Source of the DNA: a virus
Lineage: Duplodnaviria; Caudoviricetes
IMG/VR virus record: IMGVR_UViG_3300027874_000001
Coordinates: 1 to 60,008 of that record
Length of the DNA stretch: 60,008 bases
Strand: one strand, 5' to 3'
A program made the position numbers and the translations under genes. The first letter of the stretch is position 1; the number at the start of each line of letters is the position of its first letter. Below are positions 17,132 to 27,302 of the stretch, one piece after another. The notes under the pieces were generated by a model. That model was given only the letters and a program-made list of their open reading frames with translations. It searched no databases and had not been told where the DNA came from.

Positions 17132-17995
17132 ATGGCAAGACCGAAAGCCATCGTGCCGGTGGCGACGGATGACAACTTCGTCAATGTGATGCTGTTCAGC
17201 GAGCCAGGTGCGGGAAAGTCCGTATTTGCAGGAACCAGCGAGAAGGCGTTGATTCTGGCTAGCAATGCGAACGAGACAACGCCGATGGCTATTCACGGCA
17301 GTAAGGCAGAGAAGTGGGTCATGGAAGATCACAATGACCTGTTGGAAGCGCATGAGTATCTACGCCATGGCGGAACGCAGGAGTTCGAATGGGTCTGGTT
17401 GGACAACGGCACCTTGATGCAAGAGCAGGGGCTGGACCAGATCATGGCGGACGTAGCGGCAGCTAAGAGCAATCGCAGCATCTACAGACCAGATAGGCCG
17501 GAGTACGGTGAAAACCAGAACCGGATGGGTCTATGGGTGCGTTGGATGGTAGCGCTGCCGATCAACTTCGGCATCACTGCGCATGTCATGACGGTAGAAG
17601 ACCCAGCGGGCAACCAGCTCAAGATGCCATTGTTCCAAGGTGGAGGCGATAAGTTCGCCCAGAAGCTCTGTGGCTACATGGGAATGGTGGGCTACATGAC
17701 GGTGGCGCACCGCAAGGAGGATGACGTCCGCAAGATCATCCTCACCAAGCGGGCAGGGATCATGGCCAAGAACAGGTTTCATTGTTTGGGGAAAGAGTGG
17801 TACGTCAAGACCGGCAAGAATGGCCTCATTGACCCCACAACCGGAATTCCCGGATGGATGAAGGAGATCAGTAAGGTGTTACCCAACCTTGGGAAACATG
17901 ATGCCCCTGTTGTAAATCTAGAACAGCGCCGCCGTCGCCCCGTCAAGAAGGCGGCGGGTAGGGTAAGGTCCACAACGGCCCGCAAGGCCACCTGA
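17132..17995 (+). CDS. Sak4/AAA_24-like P-loop ATPase (recombination)
   Basis: Walker A SEPGAGKS, Walker B WVWLDN, ITAH and AKNR motifs; AGGAGG RBS. Confidence 0.8.
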   Translation: MARPKAIVPVATDDNFVNVMLFSEPGAGKSVFAGTSEKALILASNANETTPMAIHGSKAEKWVMEDHNDLLEAHEYLRHGGTQEFEWVWLDNGTLMQEQGLDQIMADVAAAKSNRSIYRPDRPEYGENQNRMGLWVRWMVALPINFGITAHVMTVEDPAGNQLKMPLFQGGGDKFAQKLCGYMGMVGYMTVAHRKEDDVRKIILTKRAGIMAKNRFHCLGKEWYVKTGKNGLIDPTTGIPGWMKEISKVLPNLGKHDAPVVNLEQRRRRPVKKAAGRVRSTTARKAT

Positions 17996-18014
17996 CAGAA
18001 AGAGAGAAGACAGG

Positions 18015-18896
18015 ATGCCCACGGTAAAGTTCGACGTCAGCCAGAGCGACCCGGATCGGGCTAAGGGATTCGTCCCGCCCACACCGGGCGTCTATGGCGC
18101 CATCATCCGGGAGTGCAAGCCCGGTTATAAGGCGGACGGCAACGGCAAGCCCGACAAGGACGCTCCCAGATTGGAGATCGTGGTGGAGATCACCCAGTCC
18201 AAGAACAAGCAGTTCAAGGGTGCCCGCCTGTTCGACTACATCAGCTTCAGCGAGGCAGCCCAGTGGAAGATGGACCAGTTCCTACAGGTACTAGGCATCG
18301 CTACCATCAAGAAGCGCAAGGGTCAATTCAAGACGGAAGATGTCGTCGGCATGCCGGTGAAGATCCGGGTACGAGGGGATACCTTCAACGGCGAATACTC
18401 GGCCAAGATCGGCTCCTACCTCGAAGCAGAAGACGAGGATATTCTGGACGACACGGAAGAGGACGAGTACGACGAGGACTTCAGCGCCGACGAGGGGGAT
18501 GAAGACGAGGACGAAGAAGGCGACGAGGACGAAGACGAAGAGGAATCCGAAGAGGACGAGGACGAGGAAGAGTCTGAGGAAGAGGGCTACACCGAAGCCG
18601 ACCTCACCGCTATGGACCTCAACGGCCTGAACGAGATCCTCACGGAGTACGGCGAGGAGAAGCCCAAGGGGATCAAGGGTAAGGCCAACAAGGTGGCCCG
18701 CATTCTCGAGCTCCAGCCGGAGTACTACGCCGCCGAAGAAGAGCCGGAAGCAGAGGGTGACGACTACGACGCCATGGATCGAGCAGCGTTGGTCACCGAG
18801 ATGAAGAACCGTCAGCTCCGAGTCCTCAAGAAGGACGACGAAGACGCTCTGCGAGAGAAGCTGCGGTCAGACGACAACGTAGATCCGTTCGAATGA
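18015..18896 (+). CDS. DUF669-like ssDNA-binding protein with long acidic linker and two HeH/SAP-like C-terminal units
   Basis: PTPGVYGAIIREC...ARLFDYI...DVVGMPVKIRV N-terminal domain; D/E tract of ~55 aa; two helix-extension-helix-like repeats. Confidence 0.7.
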   Translation: MPTVKFDVSQSDPDRAKGFVPPTPGVYGAIIRECKPGYKADGNGKPDKDAPRLEIVVEITQSKNKQFKGARLFDYISFSEAAQWKMDQFLQVLGIATIKKRKGQFKTEDVVGMPVKIRVRGDTFNGEYSAKIGSYLEAEDEDILDDTEEDEYDEDFSADEGDEDEDEEGDEDEDEEESEEDEDEEESEEEGYTEADLTAMDLNGLNEILTEYGEEKPKGIKGKANKVARILELQPEYYAAEEEPEAEGDDYDAMDRAALVTEMKNRQLRVLKKDDEDALREKLRSDDNVDPFE

Positions 18897-18904
18897 ACTA
18901 GGTC

Positions 18905-19110
18905 GGGCGGGAGAGCTCCGCAACGCCGCCGAAGCGTTGAGCTCTCCCGTCCGCCCGCCCAGGCCGTGGGTCAGGCCGTCGGGCTAGCTCCCCTGCTCAG
19001 GGGCACGGCCTGGCTCACGTCAGAATGACAAGACGTTGGGCCGTCCTCAATAGCGGCGATGGACTACGCTTACCCGTTACCGCAAGGGGACCCCCACCCT
19101 TAGCTAGGAG
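18905..19110 (+). ncRNA. Candidate structured RNA or cis-regulatory element
   Basis: 14-bp stems GGGCGGGAGAGCTC/GAGCTCTCCCGTCC and GTGGGTCAGGCCGT/ACGGCCTGGCTCAC, both needing G-U pairs, plus smaller stems. Confidence 0.45.
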
Positions 19111-19115
19111 TATTC

Positions 19116-19391
19116 ATGTCAGCAGCAGAAGCAGCAGAAATGCCTGAGTTTCGCAGCAACGACATGGCTCTAGTGACGTACCTGAAGATGTGTGGGTTTA
19201 GTTGCCAGCGGACAGAATGGGACGGAGGCACATGTTACTGGTACTTCATGAACGGGCCGAGGTTGTTAGAAACAGCCGAGATGTTTGCTACGGGCGAAGC
19301 TCTCGTTGAACCTCGAGAGTACAACAAGATCTTCGGACTCACGAAGCATGAGTTCTACGATAGCGACCCTGATGAAGTCAATCGCAGATAG
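19116..19391 (+). CDS. DUF5659-like protein
   Basis: FRSNDMALVTYL..GF...ALVEPREY pattern; AGGAG RBS; typical position upstream of primase. Confidence 0.65.
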   Translation: MSAAEAAEMPEFRSNDMALVTYLKMCGFSCQRTEWDGGTCYWYFMNGPRLLETAEMFATGEALVEPREYNKIFGLTKHEFYDSDPDEVNRR

Positions 19392-19400
19392 GAGAGGCGA

Positions 19401-22202
19401 TTGCCAGCTGTCACGCCAAGGCAGCTGCGTGAACTCAAGCCGTTCCTCCAGGGTGAGCGGGCGAATATTGATGGAGAATGGGGCATGCACTGCCCTTTCC
19501 ACGACGACAGGACACGTAGCGCCAGTGTAAACGTAAAGAACGGAGTATGGTTCTGCCAAGTTTGCAGGACGGGCGGTCCGATACCAGATCTCATCGAACG
19601 CATGAAGTGGGAGAGTACGAATGGTCACAAGCCCCACACAACTGCCGAGTTCGTCGACTTCGACTCAATATCCGGAGAGGAGTACCTCACAGAAGATTCC
19701 GTCTACAAGCTTCATCGATCCCTTGGGAGGAACAAGGATGCTCTGGCGGCACTACGCAAGGCTCGAGGACTTTCGGTCGATACGCTCAAGCGATATCAGA
19801 TCGGATGGGACGACGCTAATGCCGCCTACACGATACCCGTGCGCTCCCGCCAGGGTGAGATCCTCAATGTCCGCTTCTACAAGCTAGACCCAGGACCGAA
19901 CCGTCGCAAGATCTGGGGTGTGACGGGACATAATGAACCTGTCCTGTATCCCATTGCGGCGATGGAGGATGCAAGCGAAGTTGTCCTGTGTGAAGGAGAG
20001 TGGGACGCTCTTATAACCATCCAGAACGGCTTTCCGGCCGTGACCAGGACGGCAGCTGCTGCTGTCTGGCACAATAAGTGGAATCACTCTTTCCTGGACA
20101 AGGTGGTCTACATTTGCCAGGATTGTGACGACGCCGGAGTGAGTGGTGGTCGCAAGATCGCTGTCGCTCTGCAACGGGACGCCCGAGAGATTCGGTTGGT
20201 TGAGCTTCCGTACCCTCTCTCCCAGAAACACGGCAAAGACCTGACAGACTACTTTCACGTCGACAAGCATACCCCGCACGACTTCAAGGATCTCATCAGC
20301 GCCACCCCAGGGCGCACCAGAGACCCGGAGCTCACTGCTAAGCAACTGATAGACGTTGGAATTCTGGATAGCTTCAACTCTGACAGAGCAGGCGACCGGA
20401 TGCGTATGAATGTCACGGTCAGCGGTAAGCGGTCCGCCATACATCAGCTACCCAAGGAGATTGAATACAGCTGTACTCAGTCCGCTGGAGCCAAGTGCCA
20501 GATCTGTCCCATGAACGACATGGAAGGCAGAGCGGTGCGCACCATTCCCGCCGACGACCGTATGATCTTGGATATGATCGGCAGTCCGGACAGCAAGATG
20601 CATGAGATCATGCGCACGCTGATCAACGCTCAGAAGTGCGGGTTGTTGGATACTGTGGTGCGAGAGTTCCGTAGTGTAGAGGAGTTATATGTCCGAGCCT
20701 CAATCGACCAGCCAATGGCCGAAGGGCACCAACACACCAATCGCCGTGTTATCTCCGTCGGAAGGCATGACACCCTGCCCAACAATACGGTGGAGGTCGT
20801 GGGGACTATATATCCGTCTCCAAAGGACCAACACAACGAGTTCCAAGCTTGGGATGTATCTCCGACGAAGACTAGCCTGGATCTATATCAGTCGTCTCGA
20901 CCGAATGGCTCGATCCTTGAGAGGTTTCGCCCTGAGCCTGGACAATCGCCGCTGGGCAAAGCAGCTGAAATATCCAAAGAGCTGAGCAACCACATCACTA
21001 AGATCGTCAATCGGCCAGAGATGCATGTGCTGATGGATCTGGTGTACCATAGTGTGTTGAGCTTTAGATTCGACAACACTCTGATTACCAAGGGCTGGTT
21101 GGAAGCCCTGATTGTGGGGGACACCCGTACAGGCAAGAGCGAAGCGGCAGAGAGGCTGTCACATCACTACGGGCTAGGCGAGATTGTCAGTTGCGAGAGC
21201 GCAACATTCGCTGGCATAGTAGGAGGTCTACAGCAACTTGGGCAAGGACGAGAATGGGAGATCACCTGGGGTACCATACCACTCAATGATCGAAGGCTTG
21301 TTGTGCTGGACGAGATCTCTGGTCTCTCGAAAGATCAGATCGCCCAGATGTCTAGTATTAGAAGCAGCGGCTTGGCTCAGCTCACCAAGATACGTAGTGA
21401 GAGCACACTCGCACGCACCCGTCTCCTTTGGATGGGAAATCCTCGAAACGCACGTATGGCAAACTACACCTATGGGGTGCAGGCGATTAGGCCACTTATC
21501 GGCAACAACGAGGACATTGCCCGATTTGACCTCGCCATGGCAGTCAAGACTGACGAGGTGGATTCCGAGGCAATCAACGCTTCTCGTGCCGATGTTCCAG
21601 AGCGGCGATACAACTCTGAGGCCTGCCACGAGTTACTCCTATGGGCGTGGAGTCGAGTATCAGATCAGGTTGTTTGGGGACCAGGAGCAGTGGATGCTGT
21701 ACACGCCTCGGCTCTCGCTCTTGGCGGTCGCTATACCGAAGACCCGCCGCTCATTCAGGCAGCTAATGTTAGATTCAAGATTGCGAGGTTGGCGGTCGCT
21801 CTGGCGGCACGTACTTACTCAACCGACCGTAGTGGGGAGTGCGTCGTTGTCCGGAAGACGCACGTGGTGGACGCAATCAGATTCATCGACAGGATCTACG
21901 GGCTGCACAGTTTCGGATATCGCAAAGTGAGCGAGGAGTATTTCGAGGATCTTGCCATCGCCAACAAGGCCAGAGACGATACCCGTAGCTACCTCACCGG
22001 CCAGGTTGGGCTGGCTCGCTTTCTACGGAATATGGAAGGCTCGTTCCGCATGATGGACATGATGGACATGCTGAACATGAGCAGAGAGTCTGCTAACCTA
22101 GTCGTCAAGAACTTGTGGACCTCCAGGATGATCAATCGGGACGGTCCCAACATCAAGATCAGCCCAGTGCTACACGAGATTCTCCGGGATGTAAAGGAGT
22201 AG
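19401..22202 (+). CDS. DnaG-type primase (CHC2 Zn finger + Toprim) fused to MCM-type AAA+ helicase
   Basis: CPFH...CQVC; CEGEWD and DCD Toprim motifs; VGDTRTGKS, LVVLDEI, ARTRLLWMGNP and ARFDL match MCM motifs. Confidence 0.85.
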   Translation: MPAVTPRQLRELKPFLQGERANIDGEWGMHCPFHDDRTRSASVNVKNGVWFCQVCRTGGPIPDLIERMKWESTNGHKPHTTAEFVDFDSISGEEYLTEDSVYKLHRSLGRNKDALAALRKARGLSVDTLKRYQIGWDDANAAYTIPVRSRQGEILNVRFYKLDPGPNRRKIWGVTGHNEPVLYPIAAMEDASEVVLCEGEWDALITIQNGFPAVTRTAAAAVWHNKWNHSFLDKVVYICQDCDDAGVSGGRKIAVALQRDAREIRLVELPYPLSQKHGKDLTDYFHVDKHTPHDFKDLISATPGRTRDPELTAKQLIDVGILDSFNSDRAGDRMRMNVTVSGKRSAIHQLPKEIEYSCTQSAGAKCQICPMNDMEGRAVRTIPADDRMILDMIGSPDSKMHEIMRTLINAQKCGLLDTVVREFRSVEELYVRASIDQPMAEGHQHTNRRVISVGRHDTLPNNTVEVVGTIYPSPKDQHNEFQAWDVSPTKTSLDLYQSSRPNGSILERFRPEPGQSPLGKAAEISKELSNHITKIVNRPEMHVLMDLVYHSVLSFRFDNTLITKGWLEALIVGDTRTGKSEAAERLSHHYGLGEIVSCESATFAGIVGGLQQLGQGREWEITWGTIPLNDRRLVVLDEISGLSKDQIAQMSSIRSSGLAQLTKIRSESTLARTRLLWMGNPRNARMANYTYGVQAIRPLIGNNEDIARFDLAMAVKTDEVDSEAINASRADVPERRYNSEACHELLLWAWSRVSDQVVWGPGAVDAVHASALALGGRYTEDPPLIQAANVRFKIARLAVALAARTYSTDRSGECVVVRKTHVVDAIRFIDRIYGLHSFGYRKVSEEYFEDLAIANKARDDTRSYLTGQVGLARFLRNMEGSFRMMDMMDMLNMSRESANLVVKNLWTSRMINRDGPNIKISPVLHEILRDVKE

Positions 22203-22203
22203 G

Positions 22204-22950
22204 ATGACCAACATCGCAGTACTGGGGTGTGGTCCCGCCGGATTACTAGCGGCCCACGCCGTCGCCATTGCGGGCTACGATCCGCATATCTTCAGCGTGA
22301 AGACCCCGAGCCGTATCGGCGGGGCCCAGTATCTACATAGTGCCATTCACGGGCTCACGGATGTAGAGCCAGATGGCAAGGTGGAGTTCGTCAAGATAGG
22401 TAGCCGTGATGTCTACGCCGAGAAGATCTACGGAGACATCGAGGCGCCAACTAGCTGGGAGGAGTTTGCCCACGGCATTCACGAGGTCTGGAATCTACAA
22501 GAGGCGTACCACAACCTGTGGCAGATGTACCACAACAATGTGATCGACGTCACGGTGGATTACTCCATGGTGCTGGAGCTGAACGCTACTCACAGCCTCA
22601 TCCTCAGCACCATTCCTCCAAAGGGCTACTGCATCACGCCGGAGCACCAGTTCATTCGGCAGCGGGTGTGGATCAGTCAGGAGCTGAAATGTAGAGAGAT
22701 GCAGATCGTCTACAATGGCAACCCCAACCTCAAGTGGTACCGAGCTAGCAACTTGTGGGGCCATACGTTCACGGAGTACGCCTTCCTGCCGGGGCATCAC
22801 CCTGCCGTCAAGGTAGATAAGCCGTTGCGTACAGATTGTACCTGTGGCAAAGATCTACTAGTCAGGCTGGGGCGCTACGGCAAATGGGAGAAACGTCCGC
22901 TGTCCCATGACGCCTACTTTGGAGCGTTGGCGGCCATCAATGCTATGTGA
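22204..22950 (+). CDS. FAD/NAD-binding oxidoreductase, distantly UDP-galactopyranose-mutase-like
   Basis: IAVLGCGPAGLLAA Rossmann motif; C-terminal LGRYGKW. Confidence 0.75.
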   Translation: MTNIAVLGCGPAGLLAAHAVAIAGYDPHIFSVKTPSRIGGAQYLHSAIHGLTDVEPDGKVEFVKIGSRDVYAEKIYGDIEAPTSWEEFAHGIHEVWNLQEAYHNLWQMYHNNVIDVTVDYSMVLELNATHSLILSTIPPKGYCITPEHQFIRQRVWISQELKCREMQIVYNGNPNLKWYRASNLWGHTFTEYAFLPGHHPAVKVDKPLRTDCTCGKDLLVRLGRYGKWEKRPLSHDAYFGALAAINAM

Positions 22951-23596
22951 ACGATGCAGCGCCAAGGTGAAGCCCGTTGTCGTATTCGATGTAGATGGCA
23001 CGCTAGCTCGCTACCACGAAAGCTGTAGCAACTTCGTTCGGACATACTGGGGAATGCCAACGGTCGAATGTGACTGGGATGGAGCGGGCGACTTCGAAGC
23101 CTGGCTGGGGCTAAGCAAGGATCAGTGGCGCCAAGCCAAGCTGGCTTATCGGCAGGGTGGTCAGAAACGCTTCATGAAGGCGTACCATTCAGCCCTTAGC
23201 TCGCTTCACAGCCTGGGCCAACAGGCAGATATCTGGATCGCTAGCAATCGTCCCTGGCAACGGCTAGATAATGTAGACGGTGACACTCGCTGGTGGCTGG
23301 AGCGGCAAGGCGTCCAGTTCAAGGGATTGCTATTCGGGGATGACAAGTATGGCGACCTGGTGGAGATTGTCGACCCCAATAGGATCCTAGGTGTAGTGGA
23401 GGATCTTCCGGACCAGTTCGATCGTGCCAAGGATCTAGGACTGCCAGTGTGGCAGATCGCTCGGCAGCACAATTCACACCCCACTCAAGAACGGAGGCCA
23501 CGGGCTAATATAAACGAGGTACAGATGGGGATTACCCTGGACTTAGTTCGTTGGGATAATGAGACAGGAGAACATAGTGGGATACGATCCGAGTGA
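22940..23596 (+). CDS. HAD-family phosphatase (5'-deoxynucleotidase-like)
   Basis: FDVDGTL motif I, ASNR motif II, K, VVED motif IV. Confidence 0.8.
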   Translation: MLCERCSAKVKPVVVFDVDGTLARYHESCSNFVRTYWGMPTVECDWDGAGDFEAWLGLSKDQWRQAKLAYRQGGQKRFMKAYHSALSSLHSLGQQADIWIASNRPWQRLDNVDGDTRWWLERQGVQFKGLLFGDDKYGDLVEIVDPNRILGVVEDLPDQFDRAKDLGLPVWQIARQHNSHPTQERRPRANINEVQMGITLDLVRWDNETGEHSGIRSE

Positions 23597-23927
23597 CCCA
23601 GAGTGGCCGAAACTTCCGTCTACTTCTGTCAGTCACGCACTGCTACATCTCGACATTGACATGACGCTGGACAACGTGCAGCAACTGATGGTGTTCACCA
23701 GGGCCATGCAGATCTACCAGCAGCGAGAGAAGAAACGGGGCGGTATCTGGAAAGAGTTCGGCCCGGAGGACAAGCTGATGCACCTGCGGGACAAGCTGCG
23801 GCGAGTAGAGCGTGTGTGGGAGAACTCTCAGCACAATGACGACGATCCTGAGCTAGTCGACCTGGACGACGCCTACGATATTCTCAACTACACTGCCTTC
23901 TTCATTCGGCAGATGGAGGGCAAATGA
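23559..23927 (+). CDS. Nucleotide-modification-associated domain 1 (Nmad1/DUF1599)-like protein
   Basis: R.KKRG..WKEFG...DKLRR...DDAYDILNY helical MazG-like pattern. Confidence 0.6.
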   Translation: MRQENIVGYDPSDPEWPKLPSTSVSHALLHLDIDMTLDNVQQLMVFTRAMQIYQQREKKRGGIWKEFGPEDKLMHLRDKLRRVERVWENSQHNDDDPELVDLDDAYDILNYTAFFIRQMEGK

Positions 23928-24091
23928 CTTCTCAGAAGTGCACTCAATGTGGTGCTATTCAACTTACTTTCGGTCCAAACGAGGGCTTCTATCCGTACGC
24001 AGAGACCTACCTATTCGTGACCGGGATGGTCAGGAACAGGTTCACTAGCAGTTGTCCCGCTGGCGGCAGTCATACCTGGGGAGCGAACTAG
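23924..24091 (+). CDS. Small Zn-binding protein (55 aa, CTQC...C...H); not in ORF track
   Basis: ATGA overlap, GGAGG RBS; TAGTG overlap into dnaE. Confidence 0.6.
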   Translation: MTSQKCTQCGAIQLTFGPNEGFYPYAETYLFVTGMVRNRFTSSCPAGGSHTWGAN

Positions 24092-27000
24092 TGGGTGAAA
24101 GCTGCGACAGCATCAAGGGCAACGCCTTCGGGCATGGGCCGGTCGAGGAGGAGAATCACCATGTCTTCAGACAACGTCCGCCGATGCGCTACGTCAGCTT
24201 GCACCATCATAGCACTTTCAGTTACCTGGACGGCTATCAGATGCCTGAAGCTCACGTCCGCCGTGCTACAGAGCTCAACATGGGCGCTCTCGCACTTACA
24301 GAACATGGAAACGTCAGCTCCTGGTCCAAGCTGGAACAGTCCGCCCTGCGAGAAGGAATCAAGCCCATCTACGGTTGCGAGTTGTATACCGGCCTCGTGG
24401 GAGAACGGGCAACACAACGAAAGAACCACCTGACGGTCCTGGCAGAGAATCAGACAGGCCACCGCAATATACTGGAGATCGTCAGCCAGGCGTTCCAGGA
24501 TTTCTACTACGAGCCTACCACAGGCTGGGATAATCTACAAGCGCACCGGGACGGGTTGGTCGTGCTATCGGGCTGTACTGGGTCACTGCTACAGACTAGT
24601 CTGATGGGCGGCAAGAACATTGACCCGGCAGATGCCAGCTACGAGCGGGGGAAGGGGGTGGCACAACGGTTCAAGCGTCTTTATGGGGATAGCTATTACC
24701 TAGAAGTTCAAGCATTCCCGCAGCTTGAGAACATCTGTCGGGTCAATCCCATGCTGGCAGCCATAGGGGACGAGCTCGATATCCCTCTGGTAGCGACAGG
24801 CGACGTTCACTACACCACGCTGCGAGAGAATGAGATGCAGCAGATTCTTCACAACGTGCGAGGCGGCAACAAGCAGACCCTGGAGGAACAGGCTCGGGCC
24901 TGGGGCTACGACGTACCGCTGTGCCCTCCCCTGAGCGACAAGGCTATGGTTGCTCGCTTACGATCGACGGGCTTGTCTCGTAGGCAGGCTGTCGAGGCAG
25001 TCTTGAGCACAGAGGAGATAGCACAGCGGTGTAACGTCACTCTACCGCACCTGCCATTCCTGCGCTATCCATGTGAAGACCCGGTACAGGTATTCAAGGA
25101 CTGGCTACGAGAAGGGTGGGCCTACCGCAAGTGCGATCGTCTCAATCGTAGCGAGCAATCTCGTTACCGGCGTCAACTTACGTACGAGATGTCCATCATC
25201 CAGGAGAAGGACTATGTCGATTACTTCCTCGTCGTCAGCGACATCGTCAAGTTCGCCAAGAATTCTGGAATCCCGGTTGGCCCTGCTAGAGGAAGCGCTG
25301 CAGCTTCAATCGTGTGTTGGTTGCTTAGAATCACCGAGGTCAATCCTATGGTGTTTCCTGGCCTGGTATTCGAGCGGTTCATCGATCTCACCCGGTCCGA
25401 CTTGCCAGATATCGATCTTGACTTCGACAGTGACCGTCGCAGTGAGATCTGGGAATATGCACGTCGAAAGTATGGAGAGGCCTGCGTAGGGTCGATCGGC
25501 ACCTTCACCTTCTACAAGAGTAAGAACTCGCTAGATGACGTCGCCAGGGTGTACCGCATCCCGGTGTACGAAGTGGAGCGGGTGAAGGAACTCCTTCTAG
25601 AACGTAGCTCGGGCGACCTGCGGGCGTCCGCTACTATTGAAGACACCGTCGAACAGTTCGAGGCTGCCGCTGCCGTTGTAGAGAAATACCCAGAGCTCCG
25701 CAAGGCAATGGACCTGGAGGGAAATGTAAAGGGCATGGGGGTACACGCTGCCGGATTAGTGGTGGCGAATGGTCCCCTGACGGAAATCTGTGCCACCTAC
25801 GAGCGCAAGGTCAAGGATGAGCGGGTATCGGTCATCAGCCTGGACAAGGAGGATGCTGAGAAGTATGGCGTCCTGAAGATCGACATCCTTGGCTTGAACA
25901 CAATGAGCATGATCGCTGAATGCCTGCGGATGCTCGACATGCCGTTGGAGGCACTGTATGATATTCCTCTTGACGACCCAGACGTTATTGCTGCTTTCCA
26001 GCGCAATGACGTGGTTGGTGTATTCCAATTCGATGGAAGAGCTATGCGGTCGGTCAATGCTGAGCTCCAACCAGATTCCTTCAAGGAAGTTTGCGATGTC
26101 AACGCTCTTGCTCGCCCTGGCCCTCTGCATAATAACGCTAGTGCTGAGTATGTCGATATCAAGTGGGGGCGTAAGCGACCTCAAAGGATCCACCCACTGT
26201 ACGATCGTATCGCAGAGCAGACTCATTACCAGATCATCTATCAAGAACAGATACTACGTATTGTGCGAGAGATCGGTGGATTTGACTGGACCCACGCCAG
26301 TTACATTCGCAAGATCATAAGCAAGAAGATCGGCGAGCAGGAGTTCAATCGGCAGTGGGGCAAGTTCTGGGAAGGCGCTAAGGAGCGAGGATTAGAGGAA
26401 GAGCAGGCTCGCCGCATCTGGGGTATGTGTATAACGGCTGGCTCATATGCGTTCAATGTGGCCCACTGTGTTTCGTATGGGATGCTAGCCTGGTGGACGA
26501 TGTGGTTGAAGGTCCACCACCCCATCGAGTTCTACGTAGCATCCCTGATGAAGATGCCGGAGGATAAGCAGCTCAACTACCTGCGGGACGCCCACCGCCA
26601 TGGCATCACGGCAGAACCACCAGACCCCAACGCTAGCGGCCTAAGCTGGTCGGCGGTGGATGGGCGGCTACTAGGCGGACTGATACAGATCCCCGGTATA
26701 GGACCCAAGCTAGCGCCCGCTATGGTGAACTTCAGGGAGGAACAGCCGTATGGCGTCCGAGGTTGGAACCATTATCAGGAACTTCGTGGCGTGGGTGAGA
26801 AGAAGACTGCAGCGTGGCAAACCTTCTGCGACGGAGACGATCCCTACGGAGTCCACTGGCTCCAGAGAAGGCTGGACTCTATACGTGAATCCATCGAAGG
26901 AGGCGAGCTCGGGGCGCTTCCGGTTCCTACGCACACGTCGCTAGAGATACCGTACAGCCGAGGCAATGACGAGGCGGTGGTGTGGCTGGGAATGATCCGC

Positions 27001-27294
27001 CACCGCAACCTGCGAGATCTGTTCGAAAGCAACTTCGCTCGCACTGGGGTAGAGCTCAAACCGGAAGAGGTCAAAGACCCACATCTGAATGAATGGGTCA
27101 TCGCCATTGGGGAGGACGAGGACGAGCTCGTCACTATCACGTGGGACCGCTGGAAGTACCCGCACTGTAAGCGGGGCATCTGGGGCATCAAGCTGAACAG
27201 CGACGTGGTACTGATCCAAGGAGTGAAGAAAGGTTGGCAGGCACGCCGAGCGGTATACGTCACTAGATTCTGGGTAATAGATCCCGACACATAG
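24091..27294 (+). CDS. dnaE: DNA polymerase III alpha subunit (C-family) with PHP domain
   Basis: LHHHSTFSYLDG, TEHG and GDVH PHP motifs; GPARGSAA, PDIDLDF, KIDILGL and YAFNVAH. Confidence 0.95.
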   Translation: MGESCDSIKGNAFGHGPVEEENHHVFRQRPPMRYVSLHHHSTFSYLDGYQMPEAHVRRATELNMGALALTEHGNVSSWSKLEQSALREGIKPIYGCELYTGLVGERATQRKNHLTVLAENQTGHRNILEIVSQAFQDFYYEPTTGWDNLQAHRDGLVVLSGCTGSLLQTSLMGGKNIDPADASYERGKGVAQRFKRLYGDSYYLEVQAFPQLENICRVNPMLAAIGDELDIPLVATGDVHYTTLRENEMQQILHNVRGGNKQTLEEQARAWGYDVPLCPPLSDKAMVARLRSTGLSRRQAVEAVLSTEEIAQRCNVTLPHLPFLRYPCEDPVQVFKDWLREGWAYRKCDRLNRSEQSRYRRQLTYEMSIIQEKDYVDYFLVVSDIVKFAKNSGIPVGPARGSAAASIVCWLLRITEVNPMVFPGLVFERFIDLTRSDLPDIDLDFDSDRRSEIWEYARRKYGEACVGSIGTFTFYKSKNSLDDVARVYRIPVYEVERVKELLLERSSGDLRASATIEDTVEQFEAAAAVVEKYPELRKAMDLEGNVKGMGVHAAGLVVANGPLTEICATYERKVKDERVSVISLDKEDAEKYGVLKIDILGLNTMSMIAECLRMLDMPLEALYDIPLDDPDVIAAFQRNDVVGVFQFDGRAMRSVNAELQPDSFKEVCDVNALARPGPLHNNASAEYVDIKWGRKRPQRIHPLYDRIAEQTHYQIIYQEQILRIVREIGGFDWTHASYIRKIISKKIGEQEFNRQWGKFWEGAKERGLEEEQARRIWGMCITAGSYAFNVAHCVSYGMLAWWTMWLKVHHPIEFYVASLMKMPEDKQLNYLRDAHRHGITAEPPDPNASGLSWSAVDGRLLGGLIQIPGIGPKLAPAMVNFREEQPYGVRGWNHYQELRGVGEKKTAAWQTFCDGDDPYGVHWLQRRLDSIRESIEGGELGALPVPTHTSLEIPYSRGNDEAVVWLGMIRHRNLRDLFESNFARTGVELKPEEVKDPHLNEWVIAIGEDEDELVTITWDRWKYPHCKRGIWGIKLNSDVVLIQGVKKGWQARRAVYVTRFWVIDPDT

Positions 27295-27302
27295 GAGGAC
27301 AG

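Noticed and set aside
24091-27294. Intein or intron in DnaE (also terminase and helicases)
   Set aside because: Motif spacing is continuous, and no C...HN splice motifs or homing endonuclease insertions were seen.
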